A program made the translations under genes and the position numbers. Shown here in pieces: positions 38,715 to 45,494 of a stretch of 64,000 bases of DNA (within the stretch, counting starts at the first letter, position 1; the number at the start of each line of letters is the position of its first letter). The stretch spans positions 2,462-66,461 of the forward strand of contig CAYZAW010000003.1 in NCBI GenBank assembly GCA_964476505.1. Reading direction: 5' to 3'. The DNA is from an uncultured Oscillospiraceae bacterium. GTDB taxonomy: Bacteria; Bacillota; Clostridia; Christensenellales; CAG-138. Below the pieces are notes generated by a model. It was not told where the DNA came from and ran no database searches. It saw only the letters and a list, made by a program, of their open reading frames with translations.

Positions 38715-39761
38715 TTATGCTTCTGTTTCGGGGTCTTTTAGTGCTTCCGAAGCGGCGGGTTCCTCGGCTTTTGCCGGGGATTCCTCTGTGGTGGGCTCCT
38801 CGGTTTTTGCCGGGGACTCCTCGGCGGGTTCCTCAGCCGCTTTCGCTGTTTCCTCCGCCGGCTGCTCCGTTTCTGTTGCAGGCGTATCCGCAGTTACTTT
38901 GGCCGCTTGTTCGCCAGCCTCCTCCGGTATGGCCTCCGGCGTTGGCCAAATCAGCCTACCGAGTTTTTTCTCGCGGGCTTTACGAATCAGGAAGAACGCG
39001 GCAACGCCCACCACAAACAGGAGGGAGAGCATTTGCGAAACACGGATGACGCCGGGGATGAGCCACAGGCTGTCGCCCCGAAGCGGCTCCACCAGCATCC
39101 GTTCAAAGCCGTACAGCAGCAGATACCAGCAAAATACGTCGCCGTCGTGCTTGGTACGCTTGCGGATGATAAACCACAGCGCCAAGAATACAAGCAGGCA
39201 CCATAAGGATTCATAGAAGAACGTGGCAAGGTGATACGGATTTGTGCAGATCTCGCCATTGAAATAATGCAGCCCGTCGATCTTGACCGCCAAGGGGAAC
39301 CACATCATGTTGGGGTCTGTTACGGCAAATCCGAAGGCTTCCTGATTGAAGAAGTTGCCCCAGCGGCCAATGGCCTGTGCCAGCACCAGCCCCGGCGCAA
39401 AGATGTCCATCATTTTGAGCATGCGCAACTTTTTCACTTTTGCATACACGAACATGCCGATGAGCCCGCCAATCATGGCACCGTAAAACGCTAAGCCGCC
39501 CTCCCAGATATACAGGATGCGGATGGGGTCTGCCAAATACTGCTCCAACTCAAAGAGCACGTAATACAACCGTGCGCCAACGATACCGCTTGGAATCAAC
39601 ACCAAGCACATATCCAGCACAAAGTCCTGCTTCATTTTTTTTCGCTTTGCTTCAACGGTGGAAAGCAGAACCGCCAGCAAAATGCCCAGCGCCATCAATA
39701 CACCGTACCAGTAAATATCTTTTCCGAATATCGTGAACGCAACACGGCTTGGATTTTGCAT
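38715..39761 (-). CDS. lgt: prolipoprotein diacylglyceryl transferase with an acidic low-complexity C-terminal tail
   Basis: 348 aa. GARLYYV, GGLAFYGA and GRWGNFFNQE motifs. The last ~80 aa are rich in E, P, A, K and T. Confidence 0.9.
   Translation of the reverse strand: MQNPSRVAFTIFGKDIYWYGVLMALGILLAVLLSTVEAKRKKMKQDFVLDMCLVLIPSGIVGARLYYVLFELEQYLADPIRILYIWEGGLAFYGAMIGGLIGMFVYAKVKKLRMLKMMDIFAPGLVLAQAIGRWGNFFNQEAFGFAVTDPNMMWFPLAVKIDGLHYFNGEICTNPYHLATFFYESLWCLLVFLALWFIIRKRTKHDGDVFCWYLLLYGFERMLVEPLRGDSLWLIPGVIRVSQMLSLLFVVGVAAFFLIRKAREKKLGRLIWPTPEAIPEEAGEQAAKVTADTPATETEQPAEETAKAAEEPAEESPAKTEEPTTEESPAKAEEPAASEALKDPETEA
38761..38822 (-). repeat. imperfect 36-nt tandem duplication inside the lgt tail
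   Basis: tcctcggcttttgccggggattcctc (38761-38786) versus tcctcggtttttgccggggactcctc (38797-38822). These encode EESPAKTEEPTT and EESPAKAEEPAA. Confidence 0.8.
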
Positions 39762-39816
39762 AACAAAAATCCTCCCAATCGACTTGATGGAAGTTATTAT
39801 ACTCCATTCTGTTGCA

Positions 39817-39852
39817 AAACAAAAGAGCGGCTGTGGCGCAACCGCTCTTTTT
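39817..39852. terminator. hairpin flanked by A- and T-runs between the yaaL-like gene and lgt
   Basis: Minus-strand RNA reads AAAAAGAGCGG-uugcgccaca-GCCGCUCUUUUGUUUUG. A TATAAT box (39796-39801, minus strand) follows, upstream of lgt. Confidence 0.6.
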
Positions 39853-39869
39853 GCACTTCCGCAAAAACG

Positions 39870-40343
39870 CTATATACCCTCCGGCATGCCCGCGTTTTCC
39901 TCCTCTTTTTGCCGCACGGCCTGCAGCAGGTAAATGTAACGCTTTTTTGCGGCTTCCATTTCAAACACCGCATAGTCCACCAGCGTTGGGTCTGTTACGT
40001 TTTCAAAAAATACCTTGGCGTTCTTCCACTGGGTAAGCGCATGCTCCACGTCCCGCTTTCGCTGTTCCAGCGTGTAATCGTCCTCATAAGTTGTGCGCTC
40101 CTGCGCGGCGTGATACATAACAGGCGCATGCTCGCTTTCTTCCTCGTATGCATCCTCCGGTTCCGTTACAAAAAGCCAGCCCTTGATCTGCTGCCACGTT
40201 GACAGAAGCCTGCCCGCTATTTTATACGGGTTTTTGACCGGGCGGCCAATTTCCGGCATGCGCGGCTCCGGGTCGATCTCGGGCGTTTGCGGCTCGGGCT
40301 CCCATTCCGGCAGTTGTTCGTAGTGATTCCAAAGTTTTCGCAT
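39870..40343 (-). CDS. DUF2508 (YaaL-like) protein with an acidic N-terminal extension of about 95 aa
   Basis: 157 aa with AGGAGGAG 7 nt before the ATG. The C-terminal 60 aa (WKNAKVFFENVTDPTLVDYAVFEMEAAKKRYIYLLQ) fit the YaaL/DUF2508 pattern. Confidence 0.6.
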   Translation of the reverse strand: MRKLWNHYEQLPEWEPEPQTPEIDPEPRMPEIGRPVKNPYKIAGRLLSTWQQIKGWLFVTEPEDAYEEESEHAPVMYHAAQERTTYEDDYTLEQRKRDVEHALTQWKNAKVFFENVTDPTLVDYAVFEMEAAKKRYIYLLQAVRQKEEENAGMPEGI

Positions 40344-40358
40344 GGTCGTTCTCCTCCT

Positions 40359-40389
40359 AAAAAGGGCATACTCATTCTTGAGTATGCCC
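40359..40389 (-). terminator. strong intrinsic terminator whose U-tract runs into the yaaL-like RBS
   Basis: Minus-strand RNA reads GGGCAUACUCA-agaa-UGAGUAUGCCC (11 bp, perfect) followed by UUUUUAGGAGGAG. Confidence 0.75.
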
Positions 40390-40495
40390 TCAGAAGGAAA
40401 AACGATACTGTTCGTTATTGCAGGGTCTCAATGCGCTCCGCCCATTTTTGCACCCGCGGTTTGGCGGCCTCACTCTGTTTTTTCCATAGTTGTTC

Positions 40496-41326
40496 TTATT
40501 CCGTTATATCCGTTTCTTCTGTGACTTCGCGCGTATACAGCCGCACGGTATCCCCCTCTGCGATCAATGAGGTTTCGCCCCACTGCTCCGGGGGCGTATC
40601 CAGCCATGCCGTTGCGGTTGAAATATCCACATCCGCAAAACGGGTAAACACCAGCCGGTCATCACCCAGATACAGCATAGAGGGAACGGTATCGCTGCCC
40701 TCGTAATAGTAGGAGTACCAGCCGTCCTCCCGCTGCACGATGCAGCCGCCTGCGATCAGCTGTTCCGTCGGCGGTTGCTCCTCCACCGTTGCTTCCTCTT
40801 CTTCCGGCGTTTCTGTTTCTGCCTCAGACGGTATTTCCTTGGTTTGCCGGACGTTGAGAACTCCGTCTTTTAATGTGCCCCGCACCGTATCCCCGGAGCC
40901 CAGCGTACAGGAAAAGGAAATCTCCTCGTCCGTTTGCCATACGCTGCCTGTGCCATGCAGCAGACCGTAAATGCCGCCGTCAAACAGGTTTTCCGAGGTG
41001 TATAACAGGTTGGTGGGGCCATACAGCAGCCTTTGCAGCGCATACACATGGCCCTGCGCGGCTAAAAGCTCCGGCAAAAGCGTATGCGCCTCTCCCGCCG
41101 CCGCATCCGCTGCGGCGTTGGCTTCCACGCTTGCGGCATTGAACAGGTCTACAAACAGCTTGACCGGGTTTTCCGGGTCTTTTTCAATAGCCGCCTCGGG
41201 CGTGGGCGTTGGTATTGGCGTGGCTTTCGCGGCTTCCTGCTGCTGCGGCTTTGCGCACCCGGTAAAAACCAGCGTGATGCACACCGCCAGCAGCCCCGCA
41301 ATGCTCTTTTTCATGCTGTTCCTCAA
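40496..41326 (-). CDS. lipoprotein of unknown function
   Basis: 276 aa. TTG start overlapping the proA stop, though the internal ATG (MKKSIAGLLAVCITLVFTGC) is also possible. Signal peptide plus lipobox. Confidence 0.65.
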   Translation of the reverse strand: MRNSMKKSIAGLLAVCITLVFTGCAKPQQQEAAKATPIPTPTPEAAIEKDPENPVKLFVDLFNAASVEANAAADAAAGEAHTLLPELLAAQGHVYALQRLLYGPTNLLYTSENLFDGGIYGLLHGTGSVWQTDEEISFSCTLGSGDTVRGTLKDGVLNVRQTKEIPSEAETETPEEEEATVEEQPPTEQLIAGGCIVQREDGWYSYYYEGSDTVPSMLYLGDDRLVFTRFADVDISTATAWLDTPPEQWGETSLIAEGDTVRLYTREVTEETDITE

Positions 41327-42564
41327 CGCACCTGTCCGCCGCCGCGAACCACATATTTCACCGTTGTTAATTCGTTTAAGCCCATGGGGCCTCGGGCGTG
41401 CAGCTTTTGCGTGCTGATGCCTATTTCCGCGCCAAAGCCGAATTCTTCTCCATCCGTAAACCGGGTGGAGGCGTTCACGTACACCGCCGCGGAATCCACC
41501 TCGTTTAAGAACTGCTCCGCGCGGGCATAGTCACGCGTTACGATACAATCGCTGTGATGCGTTCCGTAGCGATTGATGTGAGAGATCGCCTCCGAAACGT
41601 TCTCTACCACCTTGACCGCTAAAATGTAATCGTCATATTCCTCTGCCCAGTCCGCCTCCGTTGCAGGCTTCATATCCGGCAGAATGGCACGGCATGCCTC
41701 GCAGCCGCGAAGCTCCACCTGCTTTTTTGCAAGCGGCGCTAAAAGCTCCGCCAAATATGCGTTTGCCACGGAGCGCTCCACCAAAACCGTTTCGATGGCG
41801 TTGCATACCGCCGGGCGGGAGGTTTTTGCGTTATAAATGATGCGCTTTGCCATTTCGATATCCGCGCCCGCGTCCACATATACATGGCAGTTACCGGCAC
41901 CCGTTTCGATGACCGGCACAGACGCGTTTTTTACCACGGATTGAATCAGCTTTGCGCCGCCCCTAGGAATCAGTACATCAACAAGGCCGTTTAAGCGCAT
42001 CAGCTCCTGTGCGCCCTCATGTGTGGTATCTGTTATAAGCTGTATCGCTCCCTGCGGAAGCCCTGCTTCAACTGCCGCCTGCAATACCGCGTTCACGATG
42101 CAGATGTTAGACTGGATGGCCTCCGAGCCGCCCCGCAAAACCAGCGCGTTGCCGGATTTTACGCATAGCCCGATGGCGTCTGTTGTTACATTGGGGCGTG
42201 CCTCGCAAATGATGCCTACCACGCCCAAGGGCACCCGGCGCTTGGAGATCATCAAGCCGTTGGGGCGCTTCGCGGTGCCTTCCTCGCTGCCAACGGGATC
42301 GGGCAGCGCCGCCACCTTTTTCAGCCCCTCTGCCATGCCCGCAATGCGTGCCTCCGTTAAGCGCAAACGATCCAGCATTGCCTCCGGCTTACCGTTGCTT
42401 CTGGCAGCCTCTACATCCTTTTCGTTTGCAGCAACGATCGCTTTTGTATTTTCCGTGAGCGCTTGTGCCATAGCAAAAAGCGCCGCGTTTTTAACGGGCA
42501 GCGGCAGATTCATCATTTGATAGGATGCCTGCTTTGCCAATGTTGCCTGCTCTTTGATCTGCAT
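41323..42564 (-). CDS. proA: glutamate-5-semialdehyde dehydrogenase
   Basis: 413 aa. Typical ProA sequence (VIYNAKTSRPAVCNAIETVLV, STRFTDGEEFG). Confidence 0.92.
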   Translation of the reverse strand: MQIKEQATLAKQASYQMMNLPLPVKNAALFAMAQALTENTKAIVAANEKDVEAARSNGKPEAMLDRLRLTEARIAGMAEGLKKVAALPDPVGSEEGTAKRPNGLMISKRRVPLGVVGIICEARPNVTTDAIGLCVKSGNALVLRGGSEAIQSNICIVNAVLQAAVEAGLPQGAIQLITDTTHEGAQELMRLNGLVDVLIPRGGAKLIQSVVKNASVPVIETGAGNCHVYVDAGADIEMAKRIIYNAKTSRPAVCNAIETVLVERSVANAYLAELLAPLAKKQVELRGCEACRAILPDMKPATEADWAEEYDDYILAVKVVENVSEAISHINRYGTHHSDCIVTRDYARAEQFLNEVDSAAVYVNASTRFTDGEEFGFGAEIGISTQKLHARGPMGLNELTTVKYVVRGGGQVR

Positions 42565-42624
42565 AAAACCGCCGCCCTTTTCGCTTATTTATTGGGGCAT
42601 ACGGCAAAACCGTATGCTGCAATT

Positions 42625-42653
42625 AGTATACAACGCTTCCCTGTGTTTCGCAA
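42625..42653 (-). promoter_or_regulatory. sigma-A-like promoter for proA
   Basis: Minus strand reads TTGCGA, then a 17-nt spacer, then TATACT, about 60 nt before the proA ATG. Confidence 0.5.
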
Positions 42654-42660
42654 TTCTCCC

Positions 42661-42704
42661 GATAAAATAATAGGCTCCGCCCGGGTACGATACGGGCAGA
42701 GCCT
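42661..42704 (-). terminator. intrinsic terminator after the BofC-like gene
   Basis: Minus-strand RNA reads AGGCUCUGCCCG-uaucguacc-CGGGCGGAGCCU followed by AUUAUUUUAUC. Confidence 0.7.
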
Positions 42705-42733
42705 GCTTCTCTTACGTGATCTTCATTTCCTAA

Positions 42734-43297
42734 CTAGCTTTCCACGCCCTCTAGGTATGCATCGATCTCGTTTAGCCGGTCGAACACGATACCCTCCTGC
42801 AGCGCCTTTTGCACATCCTCATGCAAAACGGATACGTCAAAGGGGATCTCCGTTTCCGTTTGCCGGGTATAATCCTGCTGATCGGTTTTGCTGTACCAAA
42901 GGGAATCGTCCTTTTTGGTTTGCAGCAGATAATGCGCCGGGCAGCAGGCAGGCATTTCCCGCTCGATAAGCGCATGCGTCTTTTCCAGCTCCATTATGTG
43001 CGCATTGTTCCAAAGGGTTTCCACCTGCGCCCCGGTCAGCCCCACAAGCTCCCGGTTGGCATACGCCTGCTCCAAAATATGCCCGCACTTTAAAAAGGTA
43101 TAGCGAACGGTGATCTCCGTTTGCGGCAAAATGCTTTTCTCTCCGATCTCTGCCACCTCTGCCGCAGGGAGCGTTTCCACGGCAAGCGGCTCCTGCCTAT
43201 CTGTCGGCAGTTGAATGATAAGGCCTATCAAAAGGCCTGTGACCACCAATATCGTTCCCAGCAGTATCCATCTGCCGTATTGCTTCCATAACTGCAT
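42734..43297 (-). CDS. membrane-anchored BofC-like protein
   Basis: 187 aa with an N-terminal TM segment. The C-terminal IPFDVSVLHEDVQKALQEGIVFDRLNEIDAYLE resembles the BofC C-terminal domain pattern (F.ID...L.....L..GI.F....E). Assignment is tentative. Confidence 0.4.
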   Translation of the reverse strand: MQLWKQYGRWILLGTILVVTGLLIGLIIQLPTDRQEPLAVETLPAAEVAEIGEKSILPQTEITVRYTFLKCGHILEQAYANRELVGLTGAQVETLWNNAHIMELEKTHALIEREMPACCPAHYLLQTKKDDSLWYSKTDQQDYTRQTETEIPFDVSVLHEDVQKALQEGIVFDRLNEIDAYLEGVES

Positions 43298-43387
43298 TGG
43301 ATTCCCTCCTTTGTGTTTTCATGTATGCCCAAAACCTTTCCTGTCGATACAGGATTGGGTATAATGGAACAGTTGGGAGGGTCTGTT

Positions 43388-45265
43388 ATGGGCATTATCG
43401 TATCCGTTATTTACTTCATCATCTATGCATGCACCGGATATCTTCTCAGCCGCCGGGTGTTCTTTCGGGAACGTACCGTTGTACGGCTTTGGCTGGGCGG
43501 CGTTTTTTCGCTGCTGCTATTGCTGTGGCTTCCGGCGCTGTTCTCCTTCCTTTTGGGGTTTACGGCAGCGGCGCAATACATAGCGCTTTTAGTATGTGCG
43601 GCAATCGGCGCATCTGCACTTTTCCTTGGGAAAAAGCAGGTTTTAAGCAAAACGCCTTGGAAGGCGGAGCTGCCGCTGTTATGTACGCTGCTGCCCCTGT
43701 TCATTTTAGGGACGGTGTTGTTTTGCACCCATACGCTGATGCCCGTTGACGGCGCGCTCTACTCCGGCCAATCCACCTTTGGGGACCTCCCCCTGCATCT
43801 GGGGTTCGTGACTAGCCTTGCCCGGCAGGGTACGTTCCCGCCTATGTACTCCATCTGCCCGGGCGTTGCCGTAGGGTATCCGTTTTTATGCGACAGCATC
43901 AGCGCAACCTTTTACGTGCTTGGCGCAACGCTGCGCTTTTCCATGCTGCTGCCCGCGGTGTTTGCCTATGGGCTGGTGCTGTTAGGGGTATATCTGTTCT
44001 TCGAGCGTTGGCTGAAAACGCCCGGCAAAGCCGTGTTTTCCACGCTGCTGTTCTTCATTGGCGGCGGGTTCGGCTTTGCGTACTTTTTTGATTTGTTACA
44101 GCAAGACCCAGAGAATCTTACGCGTATATTCACCGCGTTTTACGAAACGCCTACCAACTATACCGCTATGGGCGTTCGCTGGGTCAATCCCATTGCGGAC
44201 ATGCTGATTCCCCAACGCGCCACGCTGTTTGGCTGGGCACTGCTGTTTCCCTGCCTGTACCTGTTGCGCCGGGCGGCTTACGAAAAGGAGAAGGCGGCAT
44301 TTTTAGCGTTGGGGATCATCGCGGGCTGTATGCCCTTGGTGCATACTCATTCCTTCTTGGCGCTGGGCGTCATTTCCGCCATATACCTGTTTCAGGCACT
44401 TGCGTCCAAGGAAGGTCGCAACCAATGGAAGCTTTGGCTTACATACGCGGGCGTTGCGCTGCTGCTTTCCGCGCCCCAGCTATTGTGCTTTACCTTCCGG
44501 CAGGCAGAAAGCTTTTTGACCTTACGCTTCAACTGGGCAAATGAAAGCGATTCCTTCCTTTGGTTTTACATCAAAAACTGGGGGCTGCTGTTCCTGCTTT
44601 TGCCCGTTGCCGTACTCCGTTTTCCCAAAGCGGAGCGCCGCTATCTTTACGGTGCATTTGCCCTTTGGCTGCTGGCAGAATGCATCCAATTCCAGCCCAA
44701 TCCCTACGATAACAACAAGCTGCTGTTTGTGGTGTTTGCCTATATCTGCGGCGCTGTTGGGAGCCTGCTTACAGATGCTTTTACCGCATATCGCGGGAAA
44801 GTCGGCTGCCGGTATCTGGCTGCCGTTACCTGCGCGCTGCTGTTTCTTTCCGGTATATTAACGCTTGGGCGGGAGGTTGTTGGAAAATACGAGCAGTTCT
44901 CAAGCGAAGCCGTGGAGGCTGCCGGTTACATTGAGGCGGATACCGACCCGCGTGCCGTGTTTTTGACCGCCACCAATCACAACAACGCTGTTGCCGCGCT
45001 TACCGGCAGAAACATCGTTTGCGGCACCAGCTCTTATCTGTACTTTCACGGCGTGGATTACAGCGCCAGAGAGGAGCATGTTCGCAGCATGTATGAGCGC
45101 CCGGATGCCTGCTTTGACCAGCTTCGCACCCAGTACGGCATTTCCTATGTGTTGTTTAGCGATTATGAACGCTACACATACGCCTGCGATGAAAGCTATT
45201 ATCTCTCTCGCTTCCCCGTTGCGTTTGAAAACGACGGCGTTTGCATCTATGATGTTCGCGCATGA
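43388..45265 (+). CDS. large polytopic membrane protein (GT-C/ArnT-PMT-like glycosyltransferase candidate)
   Basis: The track ORF starts at 43313. The ATG at 43388 has GGGAGG 7 nt upstream. More than 10 hydrophobic segments and a soluble C-terminal ~150 aa. The family assignment is not secure. Confidence 0.45.
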   Translation: MGIIVSVIYFIIYACTGYLLSRRVFFRERTVVRLWLGGVFSLLLLLWLPALFSFLLGFTAAAQYIALLVCAAIGASALFLGKKQVLSKTPWKAELPLLCTLLPLFILGTVLFCTHTLMPVDGALYSGQSTFGDLPLHLGFVTSLARQGTFPPMYSICPGVAVGYPFLCDSISATFYVLGATLRFSMLLPAVFAYGLVLLGVYLFFERWLKTPGKAVFSTLLFFIGGGFGFAYFFDLLQQDPENLTRIFTAFYETPTNYTAMGVRWVNPIADMLIPQRATLFGWALLFPCLYLLRRAAYEKEKAAFLALGIIAGCMPLVHTHSFLALGVISAIYLFQALASKEGRNQWKLWLTYAGVALLLSAPQLLCFTFRQAESFLTLRFNWANESDSFLWFYIKNWGLLFLLLPVAVLRFPKAERRYLYGAFALWLLAECIQFQPNPYDNNKLLFVVFAYICGAVGSLLTDAFTAYRGKVGCRYLAAVTCALLFLSGILTLGREVVGKYEQFSSEAVEAAGYIEADTDPRAVFLTATNHNNAVAALTGRNIVCGTSSYLYFHGVDYSAREEHVRSMYERPDACFDQLRTQYGISYVLFSDYERYTYACDESYYLSRFPVAFENDGVCIYDVRA

Positions 45266-45316
45266 CCGCAGGCAGATTTTGGGGGCTTTGGGTTCTATTT
45301 AACGGGATTTATCTAA

Positions 45317-45346
45317 TTCCCGGGAACGGTGTAATGATTCCGGGAA
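45317..45346 (+). promoter_or_regulatory. two TTCC(C)GGGAA palindromes just upstream of the GH3 promoter
   Basis: ttcccgggaa (45317-45326) and ttccgggaa (45338-45346). They could also pair as a hairpin. Confidence 0.3.
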
Positions 45347-45351
45347 AAATA

Positions 45352-45380
45352 TTGTAATAGAATCGAAAAATTGCTATACT
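45352..45380 (+). promoter_or_regulatory. sigma-A-like promoter for the GH3 gene
   Basis: TTGTAA, then a 17-nt spacer, then TGc-TATACT. It lies in the most AT-rich intergenic stretch of the window. Confidence 0.55.
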
Positions 45381-45494
45381 TTCCCTGTACTGTTTTTAAG
45401 GCGTATCTTTTGTATCGCACCCAAACACAACTGATTCTTTGTTTTTCCCCAGTATTCATACATTCAATTCATCAGATGGCAGGAGGGGGTTCCT

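Noticed and set aside
40390-40495. c-di-GMP-I (GEMM-I)-like motif (CCAAACC...GUGCAAAAAUGGGCGG) before the yaaL-like gene
   Set aside because: The similarity is limited to short A-rich loops. I could not build the two-hairpin tetraloop/receptor architecture, and the segment is too short.
43313-43387. Upstream starts (43313, 43364) for the large membrane protein
   Set aside because: Neither has an RBS, and the stretch contains a TATAAT box (43360-43365). The ATG at 43388 follows GGGAGG by 7 nt and begins directly with the first TM helix.
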